Shown here piece by piece: positions 27,510-38,100 of a DNA stretch of 64,000 bases; position 1 is the first letter of the stretch; each line of letters opens with the position of its first letter. The position numbers were made by a program, and so were the translations under genes. The stretch lies in contig JAZDPX010000013.1 of the NCBI GenBank assembly GCA_043797125.1, positions 73,180 through 137,179 on the forward strand, in the 5' to 3' direction. This DNA is from Candidatus Omnitrophota bacterium (GTDB lineage: Bacteria > Omnitrophota > Gorgyraeia > JABMRG01 > JAFGKX01). The notes under the pieces were generated by a model, which saw only the letters and a program-made list of their open reading frames with translations, searched no databases and was not told the origin of the DNA.

Positions 27510-28249
27510 AGGGGTGTCTTTTGCTGTTTTGCGTTTTGCGCGTCTTTGGCAAGAAGCCCGATAAATGCCTTTTCCAGCGTTTCGCTGCCCTGGGTTACTT
27601 CCTTTATAGTGCCGTTGGCAATAATGCGCCCGTCATTTAGAATAACCACCCTGTCTGCCAGCGCTTCAACTTCCTGTAATATATGGGTTGAAAAAATAAT
27701 TGTTTTATTTGCAGAAAGTTTTCGGACAAGCTCTCTTATGCTGATAATCTGTAATGGGTCCAAACCGCTGGTGGGTTCATCAAGGATAAGAACATCGGGA
27801 TCGTGAATAAGCGCCTGGGCCAGGCCTACCCTCTGGCGATAGCCTTTGGATATCTCTGAAACGCCGTGTTTCCATATCCCGGATAAGCCGCAGTTTTCTT
27901 TCACCCACGTTAATCTGTCTCTTAATTTTTCGGATGAAAGGCCCCTTGCCTTTCCTATAAACGTGAGGTATTCATCCACAATCATATCGTCATACAAAGG
28001 AACTGCCTCAGGCATATAGCCTGTAAGTTTTCTTACTAAAAGAGGCTGCAGCGTTATGTCGTGGCCGTCAATTACAGCCGTGCCTTTGGTGGGATATAAA
28101 TAGGTGGTTAATATGCGCATCAGGGTGGTTTTGCCTGCGCCGTTCGGCCCAAGCAGGCCAAGGATCTTTCCCTTTTCCGCGTTGAAAGAGACTTTATGAA
28201 GGGCTACGGTCTTACCATAGTTTCTTGTTACAGACTTAACCTCTATCAC
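27506..28249 (-). CDS. ABC transporter ATP-binding protein.
   Basis: 247 aa. Walker A GPNGAGKTT, signature-like ISKGYRQRVGLAQAL, Walker B LILDEPTSGLD. Confidence 0.9.
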   Translation of the reverse strand: MIEVKSVTRNYGKTVALHKVSFNAEKGKILGLLGPNGAGKTTLMRILTTYLYPTKGTAVIDGHDITLQPLLVRKLTGYMPEAVPLYDDMIVDEYLTFIGKARGLSSEKLRDRLTWVKENCGLSGIWKHGVSEISKGYRQRVGLAQALIHDPDVLILDEPTSGLDPLQIISIRELVRKLSANKTIIFSTHILQEVEALADRVVILNDGRIIANGTIKEVTQGSETLEKAFIGLLAKDAQNAKQQKTPL

Positions 28250-28324
28250 GCTGGCTCCTTGTGTTGGCTATCTTATCTATATATATTAGAATTCTACAAA
28301 ATTTTTTAGTTTTGTCAAGTGTTT

Positions 28325-29986
28325 TCACTTATACTGTATTATTTCTTTAATTGTAAATTCTTCCGGCGTTTTAAAATCTGCTTTCAGAAGAGAATATTTA
28401 AATTGCCCGTCATGCCTTGAAAATTGCAGCTTTGATTTATGAAATTTTTCAAAAGACCCCTTTTCCAAAACTACCAGCTTCGGGCAATCTAACCTTTGCG
28501 AAAGCCTTTTTAACTTATATTCGATATTAACCCTGCTTAAATTATCCTCCATGCTCATTAAAAAACCCTTTTTTTGGGAATGAGTTGGCTCGCCTATAAA
28601 TTCTATCAAAAAAGAATAATGCGGCGGTATCTTGCGTTCAAGGCAGCAGCAGAAAAATTCCATATCAAGGCCTGTTGTTTCCCTTGCTTTGTTCATCGCG
28701 TCAATCACGTGGCTTTCATACAGCTTCTCGCCTGTCACAGATGAAACATTTTGCGCCTTCTGGATAAATTCAATAAGCGGCGTTTTGTTATATAAGCCTA
28801 CGACCCTTATTATGTCAGCTATGTTATAACGATAAAGCCCTGAAGGCGTGGTAAGATAAATGCAATACTGTTTATCTTTTTCCAGCTCGCTTACTGTTAA
28901 ATATTGCTGTTTTTCTTTTTTAATGTCTTCTTCAATCACAAATTCATAAAAATTTGAATCAATCGTAAGAATTCCTGCGTGGCCCTCATCCCAGCGCGGG
29001 ATGGAGCAGCGCGCTTCTGTTGAAAGATATCCAAAATCCCGCACCTTTGTTTTGGCCGGAAAATACTTCAGTAGCTCGTCGATAAATATGCCTACCGTTC
29101 CTCCCTTCCAGCAGTCAATCAATGCCAAATTCGGCCAGAAGTCCTTTGGCATGAGCGCGCCTGATTGCGCAAGCATGCCTTCCAGCTCTTTTGCCCTGGC
29201 AGGATTGGGCTTAAGCGTCTTTTCTATTTTTTCCCTGATATCCTCGGTGATATAAAAAGACTCTTTTAGCGTACCGTCGTTAATATCTTTGATAATATCT
29301 TTAGCGTGTCTTTCTATCTTTTGAAAAAGAATGAGTATGGTTAAAGGGTTCATGGTTGCGATGGTGGTAACATCATGCTCAAGCCCGAGCCGCAAAATCG
29401 TGTAATAACGCGCGTCGTAGTTTTCTATGCAAAAGACTTCGTAAGGCAAAATATACTTGCTGCGTATAATCCATGGTAAATTTTTATACGCATGCCCGGA
29501 CTCCGAACCATAGGGCATGCCGGACGCTGTATAACCTTCTGTTGCAGAGTTTACAATTGCCAGCACCTTGCCGTTGAACATATCGGGGTGATCTGCGTTG
29601 GCGTAATAAAGCCATATGTTCATTACCTTTGCTCTTTTTTTGCTGGAATATTCTGTTACAGGGATAAACTTTGGTCTGTTCGTAGTGCCCGAGGTAATAC
29701 CAAAATACAGGGGTTTGTCTTTTATTAATATGTTTTTTTCTTTCCTTAGCATCCTCCTGATAAAGGGTAGCAGGGTTTCATAGGTATTGACAGGCACTTT
29801 TTGCTGGAAATCTTTAATGCTTTTTATTGAAGAAAAGTTGTATTTTTTGCCGAAGGCTGTATCTTTATTTTTTCTTAAAATATTAAAGAGCACCGTTTCC
29901 TGCGCTTTGGCCGGGTTTTTTGTTTTTAATTCAAAGCGCGCGGCTTCAAGAGCAAACGACTTCATTATAAGGTTTATGATATTCAT
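28325..29986 (-). CDS. GH3-family acyl-acid amido synthetase-like (adenylate-forming) protein.
   Basis: 553 aa. N-terminal GH3 motif YFGITSGTTNRPKFIPVT, matching the F/Y-x-x-SSGTT-x-G-x-x-K-x-IP consensus. Size and layout consistent with bacterial GH3 homologues. Confidence 0.55.
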   Translation of the reverse strand: MNIINLIMKSFALEAARFELKTKNPAKAQETVLFNILRKNKDTAFGKKYNFSSIKSIKDFQQKVPVNTYETLLPFIRRMLRKEKNILIKDKPLYFGITSGTTNRPKFIPVTEYSSKKRAKVMNIWLYYANADHPDMFNGKVLAIVNSATEGYTASGMPYGSESGHAYKNLPWIIRSKYILPYEVFCIENYDARYYTILRLGLEHDVTTIATMNPLTILILFQKIERHAKDIIKDINDGTLKESFYITEDIREKIEKTLKPNPARAKELEGMLAQSGALMPKDFWPNLALIDCWKGGTVGIFIDELLKYFPAKTKVRDFGYLSTEARCSIPRWDEGHAGILTIDSNFYEFVIEEDIKKEKQQYLTVSELEKDKQYCIYLTTPSGLYRYNIADIIRVVGLYNKTPLIEFIQKAQNVSSVTGEKLYESHVIDAMNKARETTGLDMEFFCCCLERKIPPHYSFLIEFIGEPTHSQKKGFLMSMEDNLSRVNIEYKLKRLSQRLDCPKLVVLEKGSFEKFHKSKLQFSRHDGQFKYSLLKADFKTPEEFTIKEIIQYK

Positions 29987-29987
29987 A

Positions 29988-31097
29988 TTATTTAATTAAT
30001 TGGCTTTTCTTCGTGTATTTTCTTAAAACTTCTTCCTTTATTGTAACCCCCAAGCCGGGATTAGTCAATGCTCGCGCAATGCTGTTTTTGGGGGTTAAAT
30101 CCTCTACGATAATATCCTCTTTTAAAATAAACCTTGCGTATGAGCCTTCTAAAAATTTAAAGCCGTTGACAGCCCCTGCCAGGTGCCTGCCTGCAGCCGA
30201 TAAAACGCCTGTTTCTCCTACGTGGCAGCCAATCTGAAAACCGATATTATAATCCTGCGCGATTTTTATAATATCAAGACTGCCGAAAATGCCGCCGCAT
30301 TTAGAGAGCCTTATATTAAACATATCGCAAGCCTTCATTTGCGCCAGTTTTAACGCGTCGGCTTTAGTGCACACTGACTCATCCGCTATAATCGGCTCAT
30401 CGCAGGCATCCGCAACTTCCTTAAGACAAGTAAAATCGTTCTTCGGCGTAGGCTGCTCTATGCAGGATATATTAAATTTTCTAAACTTTTCTATCATCTC
30501 CAGCGCCTTATATTTATCCCAGGCGCCGTTTGCATCCACCCTTAAATCAACGGCCTTTAACAGGCTTCTGCATAGCCTAAGCCTTAGAAAATCGTTTTTC
30601 AATCCTACTTTAAGTTTCACAAACTCGCATTTGTGTCTTTTTGCGAGCAGGCTTATCAAGGCTACTTTAAGGGGCGCCTCTCCCGATATAACAGCGCTAT
30701 AAACAAATTTGGTTTCCTGCGGGCCTCCTAAAAGCTCATATACGGGTTTGGTAAAAACTTTGCCAAGGCAATCCAAAAACGCTATTTCTGTTGCGCAGCG
30801 CGCTTCAGCTTCTGTAATTTGTATATTTTTTATAAACCGCGTTGAAGCGTCTTGATCTTTTATTTCCACGCCTATAAGCCTTGGCGAAAACGCGGTTAAG
30901 CTGTCAAAAACCATGCCTTGCGTATTGCCTGTCACATAAGGCCTTGGTAAAGATTCTCCGAATCCTGTTATCTTATTATCCAGTTCGATTTTAACAAATA
31001 TACTTTCGCTTATGGTGCGCTTTTTTAGCGAATGTTTAAAAGCGCTTTTAAGCGGGATATCGGCTTTAAATATTTCTACCTGCGATATGCGTGCCAT
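29988..31097 (-). CDS. Enolase-superfamily MR/MLE enzyme: dipeptide epimerase, o-succinylbenzoate synthase or N-acylamino-acid racemase-like.
   Basis: 369 aa. KxK motif FVKLKVG, metal ligands in LRVDANGAWD and CIEQP, capping domain MARISQVEIFKADIPLKSAF. Confidence 0.7.
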   Translation of the reverse strand: MARISQVEIFKADIPLKSAFKHSLKKRTISESIFVKIELDNKITGFGESLPRPYVTGNTQGMVFDSLTAFSPRLIGVEIKDQDASTRFIKNIQITEAEARCATEIAFLDCLGKVFTKPVYELLGGPQETKFVYSAVISGEAPLKVALISLLAKRHKCEFVKLKVGLKNDFLRLRLCRSLLKAVDLRVDANGAWDKYKALEMIEKFRKFNISCIEQPTPKNDFTCLKEVADACDEPIIADESVCTKADALKLAQMKACDMFNIRLSKCGGIFGSLDIIKIAQDYNIGFQIGCHVGETGVLSAAGRHLAGAVNGFKFLEGSYARFILKEDIIVEDLTPKNSIARALTNPGLGVTIKEEVLRKYTKKSQLIK

Positions 31098-31102
31098 TCT
31101 TT

Positions 31103-31936
31103 TTAGGTTATCCTTACCTTTATCCAGTCAACAATATACTGCATAATTTCTTCGGGGCGCTCTTCGAATAAAATAATATGGTGGCAGCCTTCATAAATCT
31201 TCATTGTCTTGTCATTTGAAAGGGCCTGTTGGAACCAGCTGCTTGCTGCTTTGACATCGACGATATCATCAATGCCCGCCAAAAGAAGCAAAAGCGGCAC
31301 GCTGACATTGTGGGTGGCCTCTTTAAAATCGCGGCCCATCCTGAAAATCTCAAGATAATAGCGCGCTGATACATAATGAAGCCTTAAGGGGTCATTTTTG
31401 ATAAAATCTATGTATTTTTCGTTAGCGGTAAACATATTGTCTTCGATGGGGATTTTGAACTCCTTCTGCGGCTTGAAAAGCCCAAAAAGCAAAATGCCTA
31501 ATTTTGCCAACAGGGAAAATTTTAATTTATTTCCAATTGAGGGAGAAAGCAGCACCAGGCCGTCAACCGCCCTGGGATAATATAAAAAGAAATTAACGGC
31601 AATCTTGCCGCCAAGGCACAGGCCTGCTAAAAACACCTTGGCTTTAGGGTGCTCTGTGCGCACAAGGTCCAGGAATATTTCAATATCATCAAAAAGATTG
31701 CGGTAGTTGTATACGTGGCCGCGCTGGTCCCTGTTTAGGCCTGAGCCTCGCCTGTCAAATGCATACACATTAAACCCGCCATTATTCAAAAATACAGCCA
31801 AGTTAGAAAACCAGCCCATGTGGCTCTCCAGCCCGTGTAGATAAACAACGCACGCGGCGTCTTTATCCGCCTTCCAGCTGCGGTAAAACAGTTCTAAATT
31901 GTCGTTGGTCCTGAATTTCTTTATAGCATCTTCCAT
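31103..31936 (-). CDS. Alpha/beta hydrolase (lysophospholipase/monoacylglycerol-lipase-like). Cys occupies the nucleophile-elbow position.
   Basis: 277 aa. VVYLHGLESH...FDRRGSG, nucleophile elbow G-L-C-L-G-G in place of G-x-S-x-G, C-terminal HHIILFEE histidine. Confidence 0.6.
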   Translation of the reverse strand: MEDAIKKFRTNDNLELFYRSWKADKDAACVVYLHGLESHMGWFSNLAVFLNNGGFNVYAFDRRGSGLNRDQRGHVYNYRNLFDDIEIFLDLVRTEHPKAKVFLAGLCLGGKIAVNFFLYYPRAVDGLVLLSPSIGNKLKFSLLAKLGILLFGLFKPQKEFKIPIEDNMFTANEKYIDFIKNDPLRLHYVSARYYLEIFRMGRDFKEATHNVSVPLLLLLAGIDDIVDVKAASSWFQQALSNDKTMKIYEGCHHIILFEERPEEIMQYIVDWIKVRIT

Positions 31937-31938
31937 GT

Positions 31939-33189
31939 TTAACCAAACTCTACAAACATAATATTTACAAGATCCGGCACCTGCCTATTGATAAAGAGGT
32001 CGTAAAAATGTATATAATCCCTCGCTGCCCCTGCCACGATTGCCAAGGCAATAATTGCGACCGCTATATAGAAATAGGTTCTAGAAAATTTTAGTTTTAA
32101 AAATGAAGCCATGTGCCAGGCCCCCAGGCCGCCCAATAGATAAAAAGGCCCGTATACACAGGATATATATCTTAAATTCTTAAAGTGCGCAGGCGCCGTA
32201 AGAATAATAACAAAAGCTACTATAAAAAACACAAGCCCGAAATAAAGTTTTTCATTTTGCCTCTGTAAAAACGCCGTTATAATTCCTATTAATCCAAATA
32301 CGGTGCAAACAGGGCTAAGAAGCCAAAACCCGGTTATAAAATAATACCATGGCCCGTTTTGGTATGTTACCGCGTATGTGTTGTTTTGAACAGCTCCTGA
32401 CATATGAATGAGAATTTTAAAAAAGTCTCTCGCGTCGCCTGTGGCAAGCCCGATTATCAAAATGCTCATAACTACCGATGCCATGCTTAACGCTGCCAGC
32501 AAAAATACCGCTTTTAAGGATTTTTGATTAAACCACGCAACCACCAGGATCCAAATAACCAAAAGCCCGAATATGGTAATGCTTGAACGGTCTTTTATCA
32601 GCATAGAATATATTCCAAAAATAAAAAACAGCGCATACCAGATCTTTCTTTTGTGGTTAAGCGATATCTCGCAGCAGAAATACACTAGCGCCAGGCTAAA
32701 AAAACCTACTACTCCGTCCTGCCAGACACGCCTTGCTATGGCAAGCTCAACCGGAGAAACAGCCATAAAAACAATGCTGCATAACGCTGCCCACCGATTC
32801 AAAAATCTTAAGGCCATAAACGCCAAAAGCGCAAGCGAAAGCACGCTGAAGAAAAGCGAAATATGGACAAGGGTTTTTTCGTCAGTAGAATTTAATAGTT
32901 TCATCAGGCCTGCACATAAATAGATATATCCTATTCTTATCGGGGGCGGATATATCCACATCTTTTTGTCCGCATGATTCTGCGCCACCAGCGCCTTGGT
33001 GGCGCTTAAGCCTTGTGTGGATATTGTGCTGGCATGGTAGGTATAGACGCGTTCATCCGGGGTCCTGTTCTTAGCCTCGGGGTTAAATAAACGCAAAAAT
33101 ACACCTGCGCCTAATGCGCATGCTAACAACAAAACAAAAATAATAAAGATTATTTTCTGCTTATCCATTTTTTTAGCCGGCGCTATCAA
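31939..33189 (-). CDS. Polytopic membrane GT-C-fold glycosyltransferase (ArnT/PMT-like, polyprenyl-phosphate-sugar dependent).
   Basis: 416 aa, about 11 TM segments. First extracytoplasmic loop carries RTPDERVYTYHA (DE motif). 4-nt overlap with the upstream GT2. Confidence 0.45.
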   Translation of the reverse strand: MIAPAKKMDKQKIIFIIFVLLLACALGAGVFLRLFNPEAKNRTPDERVYTYHASTISTQGLSATKALVAQNHADKKMWIYPPPIRIGYIYLCAGLMKLLNSTDEKTLVHISLFFSVLSLALLAFMALRFLNRWAALCSIVFMAVSPVELAIARRVWQDGVVGFFSLALVYFCCEISLNHKRKIWYALFFIFGIYSMLIKDRSSITIFGLLVIWILVVAWFNQKSLKAVFLLAALSMASVVMSILIIGLATGDARDFFKILIHMSGAVQNNTYAVTYQNGPWYYFITGFWLLSPVCTVFGLIGIITAFLQRQNEKLYFGLVFFIVAFVIILTAPAHFKNLRYISCVYGPFYLLGGLGAWHMASFLKLKFSRTYFYIAVAIIALAIVAGAARDYIHFYDLFINRQVPDLVNIMFVEFG

Positions 33190-33935
33190 GCGGGTTTTTT
33201 AAAAAGCTGGAAGCGGACTATTTTTGTGTGCTGGAGGATATATTTAATCATGACCCAAATGGTCTGGATTCCGTATGCCAGGCTTCTTCTGAAATTTATC
33301 GATGAGGCTTCGGGGAAATAACGCGTGGGGATGGGGATATCTCCTACCCGAAACCCGTCATATATAGCCTGCACAAGGAATTCCGTATCAAATATAAAAT
33401 CATCCGAATTATTAATATAGCTTATTTTTTCTATAACCTCTCTTTTATAGACCCTGAAGCCGGAATGAAAATCGCCTAAATTCTGGCCCAGCACCATGTT
33501 TTCCAGCGTGGTCAGAAAACGGTTGCTGATATATTTATAAACGGGCATACCCCCCTGCAACGCTTCGCGGCGAGTCCTGATTCGCGAGCCGATGATAATA
33601 TCGCATACGTCTGTGGTAATAAAACCTATGGCAAACGGTATTACCCTCGGGTCATACTGGTAATCAGGGTGAAGCATAATTATTATATCTGCGCCGGCTA
33701 AAAGAGCCTGTTTGTAGCAGGTCTTTTGATTCGCGCCATAGCCTTTGTTTTTCTCGTGCACAAAAGTTGTAATTCCAAGGTTCTCCGAGATGATTGCGGT
33801 CTTATCAACACTGCCGTCATCCGTCAGAATGATCTTATCTACAATGTTGTGCGGTATATCGTCAAATGTCCGCTTAAGCGTTTTCTCCGCGTTATAGGCA
33901 GGCATGATAACAACGATTTTTTTGCCGTCAAACAT
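33186..33935 (-). CDS. GT2-family polyprenyl-phosphate glycosyltransferase (DPM synthase/ArnC-like).
   Basis: 249 aa. VVIMPAYNAEKTLKRTFDDI, DxD-type LTDDGSVDKT, HPDYQYDP. Confidence 0.7.
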   Translation of the reverse strand: MFDGKKIVVIMPAYNAEKTLKRTFDDIPHNIVDKIILTDDGSVDKTAIISENLGITTFVHEKNKGYGANQKTCYKQALLAGADIIIMLHPDYQYDPRVIPFAIGFITTDVCDIIIGSRIRTRREALQGGMPVYKYISNRFLTTLENMVLGQNLGDFHSGFRVYKREVIEKISYINNSDDFIFDTEFLVQAIYDGFRVGDIPIPTRYFPEASSINFRRSLAYGIQTIWVMIKYILQHTKIVRFQLFKKPA

Positions 33936-34014
33936 ATTAAATCCTTTAGTTATACATAGTCTATTATAACTTCAAAAATAACAAATCCCAAGAAAAAAAA
34001 TAAATGTTTTGCCT

Positions 34015-34947
34015 TTATTTCAGGTAAGGCTGGATGATTAGTTTTTGCGAAGGTTTCTTCTGGTCCTTCGGTTTTTGGGAATTGTCTGTGTCGCCGGTTA
34101 TTTGTTCTTTAGCCGCAGGAGGACTGGTTGTCTTGATAGGTTTTGGCGGCATGGGCGGCTTGGACTTCTGCTGGGGCTTCCCCATTTGCGGCATGGCTTT
34201 TCTTTTTTCCAGCCTTCTTTCGATATTGCGCTGCATTCGTTCTTTTCTAAAATGAGCGCCCGGCTGCATCTTTCTTTTGTTTATAACATTGCGCGCGCGT
34301 TTTACAACATCGCGTTTCATCATCTGCAGCTTTTGGCGCCTTACATCAGAAAACCTCTGCGGCATTAAGGGCCTTTGGAATTTTTGTATTCTGGTTGAAT
34401 ATCCGGATGAGACTACTGTTTTATCAGGCATGGGGCTACCGTCTTGATTAAACCCTTTGACATAAACATCCCCGTCAAGAGATTCCACATCCGTACCTTC
34501 ATCGCTGACCTTTGTTGTCCATGATGTGCCTAAGACGCCCGCGACAGTCGTAGGGGTTCTTATTTCAAATGAACTTCCCTGCGGCAGGTTATCCAGTGTC
34601 GTAAACGCTTCTCCTTCGGACAGCTCTATTTTCTCGCCTTCCTCTAAAATAATAGTTGCCAGGGCGTTGGAGTCCAGGCGCAGGACGTTGTCTGCGTCTT
34701 CATCAAAGGCTAGTTCGGCGTAAGAGTTATCCGCGGTTTTTATTTTGTCGCCGGGGGAAAGAAACATATCCTCCTCGGCGTCTTCGTACGCCTGCTCGGG
34801 CGCCGGGCATACCTGCACAGAGCCTGATATTGCCACAATTTCGACCACAGGTTCCTCTGGTTTTCCTAATTCCTCCTGCGCAAAAAGAGCCCTTGAAGAT
34901 AAAAAGAATATAAATAATAAACAGGCTACTATTGTAACGTGTTTCAT
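34015..34947 (-). CDS. Secreted protein with FecR-like domain and Pro/Lys-rich C-terminal tail.
   Basis: 310 aa. Signal MKHVTIVACLLFIFFLSSRALFAQEE. LSPGDKIKTADNSYAELAFDEDADNVLRLDSNA is FecR-like. C-terminal KPQQKSKPPMPPKPIKTTSPP. Confidence 0.4.
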   Translation of the reverse strand: MKHVTIVACLLFIFFLSSRALFAQEELGKPEEPVVEIVAISGSVQVCPAPEQAYEDAEEDMFLSPGDKIKTADNSYAELAFDEDADNVLRLDSNALATIILEEGEKIELSEGEAFTTLDNLPQGSSFEIRTPTTVAGVLGTSWTTKVSDEGTDVESLDGDVYVKGFNQDGSPMPDKTVVSSGYSTRIQKFQRPLMPQRFSDVRRQKLQMMKRDVVKRARNVINKRKMQPGAHFRKERMQRNIERRLEKRKAMPQMGKPQQKSKPPMPPKPIKTTSPPAAKEQITGDTDNSQKPKDQKKPSQKLIIQPYLK

Positions 34948-34959
34948 GTTTTCTCCTTA

Positions 34960-35054
34960 GTAACAGTTCGGCCATTGTAAGCATCTCGACTCGGACGTAG
35001 CGGAGGCTTAAGCCTCCGCTACGTAGGGAGAACTTCCCGGAGCTGAACCATTAC
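34960..35054 (-). repeat. Palindromic MITE/REP-like element, full-length copy in inverted orientation.
   Basis: gtaacagttcggccattgtaagcatctcgactcggacgtagcggaggcTTAAgcctccgctacgtagggagaacttcccggagctgaaccattac is the reverse complement of the 14845-14940 architecture. Confidence 0.85.
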
Positions 35055-35140
35055 TCTCCTTGCGGCTTATGGCGTTTCTTTTTTATATTATATCTTCTGG
35101 GTTTGGAAAAAGAAAGGGAAATCCGATTATAGGTGGATAG

Positions 35141-38100
35141 TTACGCGGCAGTGCTTATTTTTTCCGATACGTCTACGGGGTCTTTAATTTCGTTCTGCTG
35201 TTTTGCCATTTCTTCGTAATAAAGTTTAACCCTGCTAAGGTAAATTAAAAATTCTATAAGGCCCTGCCTATTTTCGCTATTAGCGAGGTCTTTTGTTTTT
35301 AACATGGCGAATTCTACTTTTCTCTTAATAAACCCTTTCTGGCAACTATTGGCAAGGGCGCGGGCTATTTCATAAGAATAAAGCCCGTGTAGATATTTCG
35401 AGGTGCAGCCATCGTACGCTATTTTTCTTCCGCCTGTCTTTTTAACGGTGTCCAATGTTTTTATCGCTAAGGCTATTATCTCAAGCCCTATATCAGCCCC
35501 GCCGAAGGACTGCTGATAAGAAATATGGCCCTCTTTTGGGAATTTAGTCAATTTATCCATAATGCCGAAGTGCCTGGTGAACCGCTCTATTAACTCGAGT
35601 TCAGAATCAACATTATCATTTATGCACATGTTCACGCTTTTGCCATTGATTCTGGCATGATGCATAAGGACTACGGTTTCCTTCGCGGAATCATCGAAAT
35701 CCGAAATGTCTTTGGTTAAATCATAAAGCCTGTCCATCGCTTCCTGGATTTTCGCGTAGGCCTTGTCGCTTTTATCCCGGTACTCTTCGGTTGACTGGCG
35801 CGCCGCGGCTTTGTATTGCGCTTCCTCTACAAACAGCGAAAACAACTCGTTCACTACTTTTAATATTTTAACTTTATCTTCGTCGGTCATTGTCATGCTG
35901 TTTTTAAACTTGGGCAGGTTATTTAACTGCTCTTTGGTTATTTGGCCTGGCCCATAATTATTATTTTCATCTCTAAGGTGTATTGATTCTTTTACAAAGG
36001 CAGGGCCTTTTTCAACGTCTTTTAAGTCGTCTTCGAACATCTTATTTCTTTCTTTTTCATCTCTAACAGGCAAATCATCATCGCCAAATTTCTTGCTTCC
36101 GGAATTATACATGGTGAAAGCGGCGCCGTTTTCACCTTTTAGGAAGTCTTTGTATGCCTCAACATCCGGCTGAAGATACGGCAGATAGGTATCCGCTACC
36201 CACCTTAAATACACCTCTTCCTTTTGTATCTGGGGGTCTTTCGCTTTTCCGCTAGAAACAATTCTTCTAAAACTGTGCCTTTTCGGGTCATATTTAACTT
36301 TTCTTATATCAGCGGCAGTAAACCCGACTTTTTTGTAATAATCTTCTACCTGTTTTTTTGCCTCATCGGTAAGTTCTAAGCTGTCCGCCTTATTAAGCAT
36401 GGCGTTAAGGGTGCTGAACATCCCATACCACATTACAAAATCCTCAAAAAATTGACGTAATTTATCAAGCTCAAGTTCATCCTGCTCTCTCAATTTATAT
36501 CTTATGACTAAATTCCCTCTGGCTGTTTGCTCTTTGATGATTGCCTGTTCCGCTTCTATATCCGCCTTTGTCATATAATTATCGCTCATGATGAAATAAA
36601 CCCTGGAGCCGGGCTCATCTTTAACATATTTTAAAGCATGCACCATTTCCTGCGTAGTCGTGCAATAAGCCTGAAAACCCACCGCGTAGCCGGCAATTTT
36701 ACCTTTGCCTAAGCTTTCAGGGGCTATCTGACTTTTCCCTTCCTGGGTTCTCCCATAGGCAACCCTGCTTGGGGCAGCGATGCATAGTTTGCGCGGATTA
36801 AACAAGGTAATGAGTGCGGCGAGTTTCTTAGACGGGTTGTCATTTCCGCTTTCAAGCTGGAATTGCGCTACTTCGCTTCCTGACTCAAGCTGTTTTTCAA
36901 CATCAAAACCCATTGCGACATTATAGGCATAACCGTTCGGGCTTCCGCCCTGGAAACGGCCGCCATGATTGCCCGCCATCCACACCGTCTTAACGGGAAA
37001 GGTTTTAGCGTCATATTTTTTGGCGAATATTTTTCCTAATATATCAAAACGGCTGCCTGTCTTTTTTTCAAGATCCCCTTCTCCCGTGACAAAAATTGTC
37101 CGTTTTAACACAATAGAAAATATTCGTTTTTCTGTCTTATTCATTCTGCCGATGATATCATTATCATCATCAAACCAGGATCTGCCATTGTAAATTTTCT
37201 TAATCATGCCGTTGGCTTTGGTTGTTCCTTTGTCATCGCCATAAACATACCTAAAATACGTTTCAATAAGAGCGCTGACGCAAAGCTGGAAATTGGCCAT
37301 GGTTTCATCTGTTGTGCCTGATTTTGACCCTGCTATGACCATAATTCTCACTGCTTCTTTAATTTTTTCCAATTCTTCAAGCTTGCCTTTGTCTGTGCCG
37401 GCTTTGCTTGTGCGTAACATTGTAAGCCATTCTTTTATAAGCTTGGTATAATTTACATTTAACCTGTCAAGCGGCACCATTTTCCGGTTCGGAAAAGGAT
37501 TGCGCACGCCAACAGCCTGATAAGAACAAGCGGCTTGCCCTCCTATTCCATCGCCAATAACAATAACATCGCCTTCATAATTTTCAGAATCCCCATCCAT
37601 TAGCTGATCATTGAATTCCTTTATTATGTCAATGGCTTCATGCATGGGCGGGCCATAGCGGGGCTTTTTTTTCTTAGATATATATTTTTCATAAGGCTGA
37701 TTGATATAGCCCCCTGCCCTTGGGTCATATCTTCTTGCTGTATGAAAACTTTTTGTTGTTACCTTTACCAGGTCGGAATTTAAAAAATCTAAAACATCGG
37801 GCAAATCAACGTTATCTCCGGGATAAAATTCTAACCGCCCGCCCATGCCTTTATCAAGTTTCAACATGCCTAACAGCGGTTGAAAATTAGGAAATGCCCA
37901 TTCGGCGCCCGCCTCCATTAAGGAGGCCTTTCTGTTCAGCTCGGAAGCGATGCCGAATCCGGAAATGCCTGCGGCTTTTGCCGCTTCCATATCCCTTTCC
38001 ATATCGCCAAATAAAATTGCCTGTTCCGGAGATGCTCTGCACACATCCAAAACCCCTTTTATTGCATTACCAAGCCCCTGCTGGCCCTTAGTAAACACGC

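Noticed and set aside
34034-34984. Several overlapping ORFs on both strands around the FecR-like gene (34045..34368, 34656..34913, 34727..34984)
   Set aside because: Caused by the Pro/Lys/Gln-rich repetitive 3' end of the real gene. Only the minus-strand 310-aa frame has a signal peptide and a domain-like region.
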